In this document: piece by piece, positions 12,768 to 24,612 of the stretch
Layout of the letters: every line of letters starts with the position of its first letter
Position numbering within the stretch: the stretch's first letter is position 1
Assembly: GCF_009914755.1 (NCBI RefSeq)
Contig: NC_060936.1
DNA length: 64,000 bases
From: the human T2T-CHM13v2.0 reference genome, Homo sapiens
Strand: one strand, 5' to 3'
The notes under the pieces: generated by a model
What the model saw: only the letters and a program-made list of their open reading frames with translations
What the model was told of the DNA's origin: nothing
The model's database searches: none
Position numbers and translations under genes: made by a program

Positions 12768-13036
12768 GCCGAGTCACCCTGGGGAGGCCGAGTCAGTCAT
12801 CCAAGAGAGAACGGGTGCTGAGTCACCTGGGACAGTGGGCGCCGAGTCACCCGGGGACAGTGGGCGCCGAGTCACCCCGGGGACACTGGGCGCCGAGTCA
12901 CCCGGGGACAGTGGGCGCCGAGTCACCCCGGGGACAGTGGGCGCCGAGTCACCCGGGACAGTAGACACCGAGTCACCCCGGAGACAGTGGGTGCTGAGTC
13001 ACTCTGAGACAGTGGGTGCTGAGTCACCCGGGGACA
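12768..13036. repeat. 25-26-bp minisatellite (gggacagtggg[c/t]gc[c/t]gagtcaccc)n, about 9 units
   Basis: Direct tandem units starting about 20 bp after the MER41 LTR. Confidence 0.93.
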
Positions 13037-13207
13037 GCCACAGGCTCCATGGATTAAGACCCGAGGTCTTCAGAGGCCGTCACTGGCCTCCCACAGAGAC
13101 CTGTACTGGAGGTGATGCTGACCAGCTCTGACTAGTGCGTTGCAACCGGGGAGCCGCTTAGCTGTGCACAGCCTGCAGTGAATCCTGAACTCCATCCTTA
13201 CGGCGTT

Positions 13208-13955
13208 CTACACACACAGACACACAGACACGCCAGCAAACCCATATGCACATGTACATACACACACATATATGCACACATGCACTTCCAAACACACTTC
13301 TACACACATGCACACACATACACACAGACATGCCAGCAAGCCCATATGCACATGTACATACACACACATATATGCACACATGCACTTCCAAACACACTTC
13401 TACACACATGCACACACAGACACACAGACATTCCAGCAAACCCATATGCATATGTACACACACATATATGCACACATACACATATATGCACACACGAATA
13501 CACATGCAAGCACATGTACATGCAAACACACCTGGACACATGTAAACACATGCCACACACATGTAAACACATGCCACACACATGCTTGTATACACACATA
13601 TACACACATGCCCCGCATACACACGTGCACAGATACAGAGCTATACACGTCCAGACATGAACACATACATGTACACATATGTGCACACATACATACACAC
13701 TTGCAAATGCACATGCTCGTACATGGGCTGCATGTGTATGCATAGATACATGTGAGCACGTACATATGCACACACATGAAGTCACACATAGACATACAGA
13801 CGTGCATGGATTGTGAACATACATATACACATGTGTGCATGTATGTGAACAAATGCACCTGTGCATGTATGCAGGTACACATGCATGCATACACAAACAT
13901 GCACATATACACACATACACCTACATACATGTGAACTCAAACATGCACAGACAGA
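13208..13955. repeat. (CA/TA)-rich low-complexity tract with a 100-bp internal period
   Basis: ccagcaa recurs near 13233, 13333 and 13433; the rest is degenerate (CA)n/(CATA)n. Confidence 0.92.
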
Positions 13956-15252
13956 CACCCCTGGTGCTTCCTGGGATCGCCTCCCAGTAAGCTACAAACA
14001 CTTAGGCCCTTGTCTCATGCTTTCTGGGAGAGCCCCAGCCAGTGCCAGGGAAGCCTGTGCCCCCCCCGGCCCCGTGGGTCACCTGCTCACTCTGACCCAC
14101 CGACGCAGCTGGGGGAAGAAACCTGCTCACTGGCCAGTCCAGGTCGTTGGCCCTACAGAGCGAGGGGTGGAGCCAGCACCTCTCGGGCCAGATGCAGCCT
14201 GCGGGGTGGGAGGTTCCTGGAGGAAGACGCAGGGCCCTGTTACCAAAGGAAGGGTCCAAGGATGCCAGGAGGCAAAACAAGAGACATCCAAGTAAAGGCT
14301 GGGTGTGCAGGGAGACCCCGATCGGCCCACTCCTGCATGTTCCACAGATACGGCATCTCAGGGACGCCAGCGCCCTGGGACCCGCATCGTCCTGGCTTTG
14401 AGGGTTCTGTGGTTCCATGTGTGAAAAAAATGAGCACCAATGAGCAGGATGCGCTCCTCTCTAATCTGCCTGATGCTTGATCCCGCAGCCAGCTCTGGCT
14501 GGTTTCCTACCACCTGTCCCCGGGGCCAGCGCACCCATGTCCAGTGACGCAGTGGCACGCTCCCCCAAAACGTGCAGGCACTTTGAATATGCGTAATTCA
14601 AAATGCACATGTTCACAGAAACAGGAGTGGCACGGCAGGGGTGGCGTGGCCCTCCACCGAGCAGAGGAAGCCTGAGAAGGGCCCAGTGCCTCCACCACCA
14701 GCTGAACGTGAAGGCAGGGAAGCGCCGGGGGCTCAGACCTGAAGTGCGCAGCCATGCTGCCTCGGCATCACACTGAAACCAGCCCTGGGTAAGCGTGTGT
14801 GGGAGAGAAACACACTGTAACCTGGACCTTGGGCCCCGGTCCTTCACAGCTCTGGAGTCACCCACGTTTCCTTAACGTCCAAATGAGGCGGCCTGGGTGC
14901 CCACCCCACCTGCTGGGAGGACCCGGCAAATCCCCCGCAGCCTGTCAGAAGCCCGAGGACCCCGGCCCCCATCTCCTGCCTCGTCTGTGGGACATTCTCC
15001 TTCCGTCTCACTCCCCAGAGCAGGCGACGGCCCCCGCGGCACTGCCGAGACCGGGAGGTTGCAGCAAGACACTGACCAAACATCTTCAGGAAACAAGCGA
15101 GTGAGCAGCTCCGCGGAACGTGAGGCAGCAGGAGACTCACGGGGGTCTTTGCGTCCCCACCCCTCCGCGGACCCTGGATCTCCAGGGACCCAGCCCCTCC
15201 AGCAGCAAGGCCTTCTCCTGCAGCCACTCCCATGTGCTTGGGACAGCCCTAC

Positions 15253-15605
15253 TGAGGAGAGAGGCCATTTTTCTTATTGTCTCCTGTCTCTGAAGAGAAG
15301 GAGGAAGTAAAAGCTGAAAAATAACAGGAATGAAGTCAGTGGCAAGATCAGCCGGTGCCACTGATGACCAGAGGCCTGAGGTTAAAAGATTATCCCCCCA
15401 CTCTAACCACATGTGCTCTCAACCTACCGCGACCCTTTCACGTGGAACCCCTTAGATTTGTAAGCCCTTAAAAAGGGCCAGGGAATCTGTCTTCGGAGAG
15501 CTCAGTTCTTGAGACACGGGTCTGCCGATGCTCCCGGCCGAATAAAGCCAAATCCTTCCTTAACCCGGTGTCTGAGGGGTTTTGTCCGCGGCTCGCCCTG
15601 CTACA
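15253..15605 (+). mobile_element. ERV1 solo LTR, LTR15/LTR2-related
   Basis: TG...CA termini; TATA-like cccttaaaaaggg, AATAAA at 15541 and 3' end ggtgtctgaggggttttgtccgcggctcgccctgctaca, homologous to the LTR2 at 59028-59492. Flanks ctac/ccgc may be a CpG-decayed 4-bp TSD. Confidence 0.85.
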
Positions 15606-15883
15606 CCGCAACCATCCCCATACCCCCAAATCTAGAGAAGAGGAAAACCTCTGCCTGCCCCACTCGATCCTCTTCCCCGCAAGCACCTCGCTTGGCCAGC
15701 AAGGTGTGAAGGAGAAGTCTCCGTAAGAGGCAAAGGCAGAAATAAAACAATTCACGAATTCATTTCCTGAATAGAAACAGATTTGGTGCTTTTAAAAGCT
15801 GGTCTTCTTCTTGTCTTTTACATTTTTATGAAATTAACCTGTGTCCCTAAGTTTTAGAAGTGAGACCACAGTGAACAAGCAGC

Positions 15884-17066
15884 TGTGGCCACCCTCCCCT
15901 GGCCCCCCTGGCCTTTCACCTGCGTCTCAGGGCGTTTGTCTACTCGGCCGCCCTCCCCGGGCCCCCTCCTGGCCTTTGTCTACATGGCCGCCCTCCCCGG
16001 GGCCCCTCCTGGGCTTTCACCTGCATCTCTGGGCGTTTGTCTACGCAGCCGCCCTCCCCGGGGCCCCTCCTGGGCTTTCACCTGCGTCTCTGGGCGTTTG
16101 TCTACTCGGCCACCCTCCCCGGGCCCCCTCCTGGCCTTTCACCTGCATCTCTGAGCGATTGTCTACACAGCCGCCCTCCCTGGGGCCCCTCCTGGGCTTT
16201 CACCTGGGTCTCCGGGCTTTTGTCTACACGGCCACCCTCCCCGGGGCCCCTCCTGGGCTTTCACCTGCGTCTCTGGGCGTTTGTCTACTCGGCCACCCTC
16301 CCCGGGCCCCCTCCTGGCCTTTCACCTGCATCTCTGAGTGATTGTCTACACAGCCGCCCTCCCTGGGGCCCCTCCTGGGCTTTCACCTGGGTCTCCGGGC
16401 TTTTGTCTACGCGGCCGCCCTCCCCGGGGCCCCTCCTGGGCTTTCACCTGCATCTCTGGGCATTTGTCTACGCGGCCACCCTCCCCGGGCCCCCTCCTGG
16501 CCTTTCACCTGCGTCTCTGATTGTCTACACAGCCGCCCTCCCCAGGGCCCCTCCTGGGCTTTCACCTGCATCTCCAGGCTTTTGTCTACGCGGCCACCCT
16601 CCCCGGGGCCCCTCCTGGGCTTTCACTTGCGTCTCCGGGCTTTTGTCTACACGGCCACCCTCCCCGGGGCCCCTCCTGGCCTTTCACCTGTGTCTCCGGG
16701 CATTTGTCTACACGGCCACCCTCCCCGGGGCCCCTCCTGGGCTTTCACCTGTGTCTCTGAGTGATTGTCTACACAGCTGCCCTCCCCGGGGCCCCTCCTG
16801 GGCTTTCACCTGCGTCTCTGGGTGATTTTCACCTGCATCTCTGAGCATTTGTCTACACGGCCGCCCTCCCCGGGGCCCCTCCTGGGCTTTCACCTGCGTC
16901 TCCGGGCTTTTGTCTACACAGCCGCCCTCCCCGGGGACCCTCCTGGGCTTTCACCTGCGTCTCTGGGTGATTTTCACCTGTGTCTCCAGGCGTTTGTCTT
17001 CACAGCCGCCCTCCCCAGGGCCCCTCGTGGGCTTTCACCTGTGTCTCCAGGCGTTTGTCTACACGG
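15884..17066. repeat. ~61-63-bp GC-rich minisatellite, about 19 copies
   Basis: Unit gccgccctccccggggcccctcctgggctttcacctgcgtctctgggcgtttgtctacac; variant units recur in blocks. Confidence 0.97.
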
Positions 17067-17287
17067 TGGGCAAGAGGGACCCACCAAGCAAGGGCGGCAC
17101 CCACCCTGCTGGACGCAAGTCTTGGCCCTTTGCCCTGGCCCCTCAGTTTCTCATGGGAACCCCCTTTCTCAGCCTGGGGCAGGTGTGACTGGCTGCCAGG
17201 GCTCCAGGCTGAGGGCTGCAGGGGAGGGGGCTCCACTTACAGCCAGGGACTTTCTCTTCTTGCTCCTGTTTTCCCTGCACTCTCTCT

Positions 17288-17500
17288 GTGGCCTCTGACC
17301 CCGGCGTGGGTCATCCACCAGTGTCCCCATGGCCTCTCACCCTGGTGTGGGTCATCCACTGGTGTCCCTGTGGTCTCTGACCCTGGTGTGAGTCGTCCAC
17401 CTGTGTCCCCATGGCCTTTGACCCTGGCGTGGGTCATTCACCTGTATTCCCGTGGCCTTTGACCCTGGCGTGGGTCATCCACCGGTGTCCCCGTGGCCTG
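17288..17500. repeat. 41-bp tandem repeat, 5 copies
   Basis: t(g/c)accc recurs at 17296, 17337, 17378, 17419 and 17460. Confidence 0.93.
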
Positions 17501-19404
17501 AGTCCATGCTCCAGCCGTGTCCCTCCAGGGCCTCCCGGTGTTGTGCACTGAGGTTTCCCAGCTGTGACTTTGCCACTTAAGGCAGAAACAGCTGTTGGGA
17601 AACACCTGAGTTCTTGAGCACCACCTCAGAACACCAGGCAGTTCTGCCTCCCCTGGCAGCCACCACGGTCGGCGCTGCTGCTGTACAGCTACACCTGCCA
17701 CGGCAGCGCAGCCACCCAGGCCACGTAGAATGCTCCAGAGGCTGCCCAGTCTGTGATCCATGGCACAGATGTGGGGCCGCCCGCCTCCACCTGGTCCCGG
17801 CTCCAGCCCTCACTGATGTGTGATCCGGGGGTGAGGCTGCTGGCCTCTTGGTGCCTCCATGGGGACGGGTCTAGACCTGCCTCAGAGGCGGCTACAGGGA
17901 TGGGAGGGATCCTCCACGAGAAGTGCTTGGAGGGTTCCCTGGACCCAGCAGACGCTCCAGAAACATGCGCTAAACGTTAACACAGGGGATGTGAGTCGGC
18001 ACGAAGGTTTCAGATGTTCTGCTGTCTTCATGCTTCTTTCTCACAGTGTATGGCGCTGGTCTGTCGGGGGGCAGCAGGCGTGCCGGCCCAGCCCCTGCCC
18101 ACACTTAGCTGCCGCCAACTTCTTGGAGCCAAGTCAGGCCAGACCCGCCCCGCCCTGACCCGCTGAGCGCATCCCGTCCCTCCACATCCCAGCTGCCCTC
18201 CTAAGGGGACGACGCAGGCTCAGACCCCAGGCCCAGCCCCCGGACCCCGTGAGGAGGAGGGTGAGGAGCACCCCCCAGCAGATGCCAAGTGCATGTGCTC
18301 AGCAGCACCAGCTCCGGCGAGCTTGGCTCCTGCACCAGGGCCTTCCTGGTGCTTCACACCCTGATCAGGGGAAACATGGATGCAGCATCCAGGGAACTTT
18401 CCAGAGGCTCATCCAATGAGTGGCAGGCTGGGAACCAAATAAGGAACTTCTGCCTCACCCGGCTCCCGCCCCCACGCACCCCCACCACTCATGTTCTTTT
18501 GCAAGAGGCCCTCCCTGCAGGGAGACATGGGGTCTCACCCCTCCCTGAGAAGCCCACAGGATTTGGGGCTTCAGTGGGAGTGACATCAGGTCTGGAGGGC
18601 GATGTGGCGTCTACCCGGGCCTCCTGGAACACAGTGCCCTCTGAGGTGACGCCCAGGCACCCCACGGAGAGGCCGGGAAGCCCGTTCCCCAGGACTCCAG
18701 CCCCTCCAACGCCTGAGTCTCCAGGAACCCGGGCTCACTCAGAACCATCTGCGGACCCGCGGGCTCCCGGACGCCTGGGAGTCAGGAGGAGCTGCCACCT
18801 GACCGCTGAATATTCTGACTGCCGCCTGCCCGACGCCCGGGTGCGAGGGAGCCCAGCGGGAGGGAGACGTGCGCCCCCCATCCCGCCCCAGTGCAACCTG
18901 GACAAGCACATCCAAATCGCTGGAGGAAAGAGCAGGACGGGAGGGTTGGAGCCCACCCCAAACCCCTCTTTGCCTGAATGAGAACATGAAGACACACGGA
19001 CAGAATTGCAGAGTTTAACAATCCAGCGACGGCTGCTCTCAGCAGGGGTTCCCAGTGCCAGCTGTGCCACACGCCAGGCAGCGGAAAAGCAAATTAGCCC
19101 TGGAGGTCTTCGCTCAGTGGCGGGTGCGAGGAAGCCCATCCCCCTCTCTTCTCGGCCCTCTGGCCCTGGCTGCATCCCGGCCTCTGGGTGTTCCTGCCTC
19201 GGGCCTCGCACAAGCCGTTCCGCGGCCTCCGTGTGGTGCTTCCCGGAAGCCAAGCCAGCCCCTGCCTGACCTACGGATCCCTGCCAAAGTCACGCTTCAC
19301 AGAGGCCCCTGAGCCTCTCCCAGACCCCGGCGGGCTCCTGACATCTTTTCCGCTACCCGCTCCCGGCACATATGGGTCGGGTGTGCAGTGGGAAGCCCAG
19401 AGCC

Positions 19405-19935
19405 TGCTGTGTAGCAGAGAACCCAAAGCGTAGAGCCCAGAGGACCACTGTGCTGTGTCCACAGATCTGCAGTCTGGGCAGGGCGTGGCCGGGAGGGGCC
19501 TCTCTGCCCCGGTGGGGGTGGGGCCGCTGTAAACAGGGCTGGCCCTGGCTCTCTCCCTGCTGGGACCCCCGCTGTAAACAGGGCTGTCCCTGGCTCTCTC
19601 CCTGCTGGGGCCCCCGCTGTAAACAGGGCTGTCCCTGGCTCTCTCCCTGCTGGGGCCCCCGCTGTAAACAGGGCTGTCCCTGGCTCTCTCCCTGCTGGGA
19701 CCCCCGCTGTAAACAGGGCTGGCGCTGGCTGTCTCCCTGCTGGGGCCCCTGCTGTAAACAGGGCTGGCCCTGGCTCTCTCCCTGCTGGGGGCCGGGGCCT
19801 CCTTTTCTCTCCAGGGCCTCTCCATGGGCTGCTTGGGCTTCATCCCAGAATGGCAGCTGCATTCTAGGAGCCCCAAGCAGAAGCTGCATCACCTGGAAGG
19901 TCTAGTTTCACTCCCACCGAAATCCCAAATCTCCC
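19405..19935 (-). mobile_element. Old MaLR LTR (MLT1G/H-like) interrupted by a 45-bp VNTR
   Basis: Flanks (ctgggcagggcgtggccggg... and ggcctctccatgggctgcttgggcttcatcccagaatggcagctg...cagaagctgcatc) resemble consecutive segments of recalled MLT1H. Confidence 0.55.
19524..19790. repeat. 45-bp minisatellite, 6 copies
   Basis: gtaaaca at 19529, 19574, 19619, 19664, 19709 and 19754. Confidence 0.97.
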
Positions 19936-20164
19936 CAGTTTCACAGGGGACACAGACCCTTCCTTCTCAGGAGGGACCTCCTGCAGGAGAACCTGAGTGG
20001 TGGGGTGTTGCATTATCTTGAAAATCCAGAAGCTGCCACTCAATCACCTCTTGAAGAATGAATAAGCAAGTGAATGAACGAACTGGTGGAGAAGACGTCG
20101 AATAACCACCAGAGGAGGGGCCGTCCCTACAGGAGGAGGCTGGGCTGTCCAAGCCAAACTGGTC

Positions 20165-21282
20165 CCAATCCACTCATACACCTGCCTACTCACACATTCA
20201 CCCACCCATCCAAACACACATCCACTCATCACCATCCACCCATCCATCAACCTATCTAGGCATTCACCTATCCACCCACCCACCCATCCACCCACCCACC
20301 CATTCATCCAATAACCCACCCACCCATCCATCCAATAACCCACCCACCCATCCATCCAATAACCCACCCATCCACCCATTCATCCACCAGCCAATCCATT
20401 CACCCACCCACCCATTCATCCACCAACCGATCCATTCATCCACCCACCCATCCAAACACACATCCACTCATCCACCATCCACCCATTCATCAACCCATCT
20501 AGGCATTCACCTATCCACCCAATAACCCACCCACCCATCCATCCAATAAGCCACCCATCCGCCCATTCATCCACCAACCAATCCATTCACCCACCCACCC
20601 ATCCATCCATCTATCCACCCACCCACCCATTCATCCAATAACCCACCCACCCACCCATTCATCCAATAACCCACCCACCCACCCATTCATCCAATAACCC
20701 ACCCATCCACCCATTCATCCACCAACCAATCCATTCATCCACACACCCATCCATCCATCTATCCACCCACCCATTCATCCAATAACCCACCCATCCACCC
20801 ATTGATCCACCAACCAATCCATTCACCCACCCACCCACCCATTCATCCACCAACCGATCCATTCATCCACCCACCTACCCACCCATCCAAACACACATCC
20901 ACTCATCCACCCTCCACCCATCCATCAACCCATCTAGGCATTCACCTATCCAACCATCCCCCCATCCACCCATTCATCCACCCACCCACCCATCCATCTA
21001 TCCATCCACACGCCCATCATCCACCATCCATCCACCCATTTATCCATCTAGCCATTCACCCATACACCTACCCACCCACCTATCCACTCACCCATTCATC
21101 CACCCACCCATCCATCCATCTATCCATCCACACACCCATCCACCTGTCTACACACCCATCCATTCACCCACCCACCCACCCATTCATCCACCATCCACCC
21201 ATCCATCAACCCACCTAGGCATTCACCTATACACCTACCACCCACCCACTTATCCACCCACCCGTTCATCTAATAACCCATC
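20165..21282. repeat. (CCAT/CCAC)n compound microsatellite with larger internal duplications
   Basis: The block catccaaacacacatccactcatc...tctaggcattcacctatcc recurs near 20207, 20449 and 20884. Confidence 0.95.
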
Positions 21283-22789
21283 CTGGACAACTGCTCCCTC
21301 CCAGGCAGAAAACCTGTGTTCTCATGGACCTTATATGTGGCCAGGGAGATGAAAGGTGTATGGAGGGCTCTGCCAACTGTGGGAGGGGGCAGACCTCTGA
21401 GGAGAGCTGATGTCCAGTGAGGGTCCCATCCCCAGCTGCCCAGGTGAGGACCAAAGTCACAGACAGATTTTCCTGTCTGGCTGGGCAGCTGTGGCCTCAG
21501 GGGGCTGGAGAAGGCCTGATGTGGCCTCACAGGCTGCAACCCAAGCCCCTGCCTCCACCTCCCCGACTTGTGGGGGGTGGGCAGTGAGGAGCCGGGGCCA
21601 CTGCGGGGGCCGAAAGGACGTCCATGCTGAGCACGCATCGGCCGGCTTTGCATTTCAGGGAGGTGACAGGAGATTTGCTTATGTGTTTTATCTTTCACCC
21701 AGGGATCAGTAAAATGTAGTTAATTTTAAAAAAAAGACCACCAGTCTGTTCTGCACACTTGGTAAACGTGGGAGGCGTCTGCATCACAGCCGTGGAGGCA
21801 GGAGGGAGCAGGGACGCGCAGGAGGCCCTGCCAGGCGGCCGAGGAGGAGATGAAGGGACCCCTGGCGTCCTCCTTCCCAGGAGCAGCTTCTCCATGGACA
21901 AGAAACTGAATTCTCCCTGGAAGGAGGTGGCGTCTGGGAGGAATCACAGCCCTCAGACCAGAGAGCAGGGCATCTGCGAGGTCAAGGAAGGCCAGGAGCC
22001 GCAGGGCCGGGTGCACGGTGTGGAGTCTGCGGAGGGGCAGGTGGTGGGAGGCGCGGGGTGAGGGCTCCGGCCCTGCACTCACAGTGATGCTGTGGGACCA
22101 GCTGCTGGACTCTGGGAAGGAGAGAGGGGGCGGGAGGTCCTGAGGTGCAGCCGGAGGGGTAGCATGGTTTGCCCAGGGGGACCCCAGGCAGCCGCTGGAG
22201 CTGCCGTGGGGCCCAGGAGCCCTGTGGGGTGAGGCAAGTGTTCCAGGAGGCGGCCAGGGACCCTGCTGGATTCCAGGATCTCAGGGACCCAAGTAGGAGG
22301 CCCGCCTCATAGAGCCATCAGGGTAAACAAACAGCATTTAAAGGCAACAGAACCCTCGTGTTGAGGGCGCCTGGCCCTGGTGCGGAGCTGTGGTCTTCGG
22401 GGCTCAGAAAACAAAGCTTTCCCAGGACCTTGAAAATGTTTTAGACCAAAGAACAAAAGCCCTTGCTCCAAAGTACAAGAAAAGAAAACTTCATCTTAGA
22501 AATCGATCGGGTTGGCTGACATGTTTAAAACCGGTGTCACCATATCAGGGAGGCAGGACAGTGTCTGATGCCACCAGGGCCAGGCCGACTTCCCGCCCTG
22601 CTCAGTCCCGGGCCCCGACGGACCCCTGTGCGGAACGACTCTGGGTCCCACAGAACGGCCTTGCCCTTGAGTTGCCAGCGGCTGCCTGGTGGGGATGGAT
22701 GGAGGGTTGAGCCTCGTTCCCTGAGAGAATGGGTGGATGCATTCGAACCCCAGGACCTCGCCCAGGAGCCAGGGAGGGAGGGCACAACT

Positions 22790-22870
22790 TGGGGAGGTGA
22801 GGGGCCTGGGGAGGCGAGGGGGGCATGGGAAAGTGAGGGAGCCTGGGGAGGCGAGGGGGCCTGGGGAAGC
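22790..22870. repeat. ~18-bp G-rich repeat, about 4 copies
   Basis: Variants of ggggaggcgagggggcct. Confidence 0.75.
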
Positions 22871-23789
22871 TCCCAGCCCACGACAGGACCAGTGCTGTCA
22901 CCTGGAGACCGGGCGCTGACGGCGGGAACTGCAGCCGCCACTCTCGTGGGGGTCTTGTGCTTTGGTGCCCGTCAGGGCCCAGTGAAGATGCGGAAATCCG
23001 CCAAGCAGGGCTAAGGGCCCAGTGAGGACCACGGAGTGAGGCGGAGGCTCTTCCCACGGAGGGGACCCAGAGCGGCAGGAACCGCCATCCCCCAGCCTGC
23101 AGGTGTGGGAGGAGAGGCCGCCTATGCAGGGACACAGCCAGGCCAATGACATTGGGGGACGGAGACCCCGACCTCTCGCCTCCCAACCTCTGACCTTCTG
23201 CAGGTGCCACAGGGGCTGAATCTGACCCAGAAGCCTGTGGCCAGTGCCACAGTCACAGCATAGGTGGGAGGGCATCTCCCCAGCCAGGGTCAGCCACCTG
23301 GGTTGGCTGCGGGTCAGGACATGGACAGGCTGAGCCACGTCTACTGTCTGGGGAAACACTAGGGTCTGTGGGTTCCTCCCTGGTGGATCCTGAGGGGCTG
23401 TCTCTGCAGGGTACAAGGCTGTGTCCATAGGCCCCGGGGTCCCCCAAGAGCTTCTGCTGTTCTGAGGCTCCTGCGTCCAAACGGGACCACTCGCCCTGCC
23501 CTGGAGCCCTAGCAACCCCACTCTGCTCCAGTAAGGAGCAAATCAGTGGCCCAGGACCACGGAGCCACCCCCACCCTCACCACCAGGCCCCAGCAGGGCT
23601 AGGCCAGAGGCCAAGGTGGACCCAGAATCCTGAGGACCCACGAGGCTACAGGGTCCCTTGCCCAGACTGCAGGCAGGAGCCCCCCACCCTCAGCCCCCTC
23701 TGAGGACCTCCTGCTCCCAGCAGCTCTGCAGGTAAAATGCTGCTTGATAAACACGCTCCTGTGTCTCCTTCCCTGGCTCTGTGCTAACG

Positions 23790-23920
23790 AGGGGGCGTGC
23801 AGAGCCGGCGGGGGGGGCGTCCAGAGCTGGGAAGGGGGTCGTGCAGAGCCGGGAGGTGGGGCTTGCAGAGCCGGCAGGGGGGGGCGTGCAGAGGCGGGAG
23901 CGGGGGCGTTCAGAGCCAGC
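23790..23920. repeat. Degenerate ~22-bp G-rich repeat (ggggcgtgcagagccgg...), about 6 copies
   Basis: cagag core followed by G-runs repeats in tandem. Confidence 0.75.
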
Positions 23921-24394
23921 AGGGCCAAGAGCAGATGGCAGCAGCTGCAGGGGCACCAACAGCCAGGCCATGATGCCGCGATGGCCGTGGAGGACTCGGG
24001 TCCCTGGCCTTCTCAGGAGGGGCTGCCTGTGGAGCACCGCCGGGTCCCCCGGGTGTGTGCACAGAGACAGAGGCTGTACTGGGAGGTCCTGGGAAGCAGG
24101 CGGCCCAGCTGTCCCCGCCGAGGGCCCTCCCTCAGCTGCCCTGGTCTGGCCTGGGGAGCTGCTCCCTGATTGCAGCAGCCGGGGTCCTCGCTCTCCGACT
24201 TCTCCTTGGGTCCAGCCCGTGGGGGTCACCGGCAGGATGGAGAGGTGGGTGCTTCCCTGCCCCATGCCTTGGGGCTGTATCCCTGCCGCAGCTCCTGTCC
24301 ACTGGAGGCCCTTTGTCCCCAGCCCTGGCTCTCCTGGGTTCCCAGAAACTCCACTTCCTCCCCTCTCCCTTCTGGGGCGGGCACATGTGGAGCT

Positions 24395-24612
24395 GCAGTC
24401 AAACTCTCAGAGACAGAAAGCAGAAGGGAAGCCAACGGCTGGAGATGGGGCGCCGTGTTTCGTGGGGACCAGGTTTCTGCCTGGGAAGATGGGAAGGTTC
24501 TGGGCACCGCGACGGAGGGAATGTGCTTCACGCCACGGAGCTGTGCACTTGAAATGGCCCCGGGGTCGATTTTATGTTACGTGTATTGCAGCACATTTTT
24601 TAAAATAAATAA
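24395..24612 (+). mobile_element. L1 3' end fragment (L1MB-like)
   Basis: cagagacagaaagcaga...ggtttctgcctgggaagatgggaaggttctgg...ctgtgcacttgaaatgg...ttttatgttacgtgtatt...taaaataaataa is typical of an L1MB 3' UTR terminus. Confidence 0.75.

Noticed and set aside
13158-13934. His/Thr- and Cys/Val-rich ORFs
   Set aside because: Translation artefacts of (CA)n/(TG)n; the same applies to 29883-30931.
15841-17298. Repetitive ORFs with hydrophobic segments
   Set aside because: Derived from the 61-bp VNTR, with the frame shifting between units.
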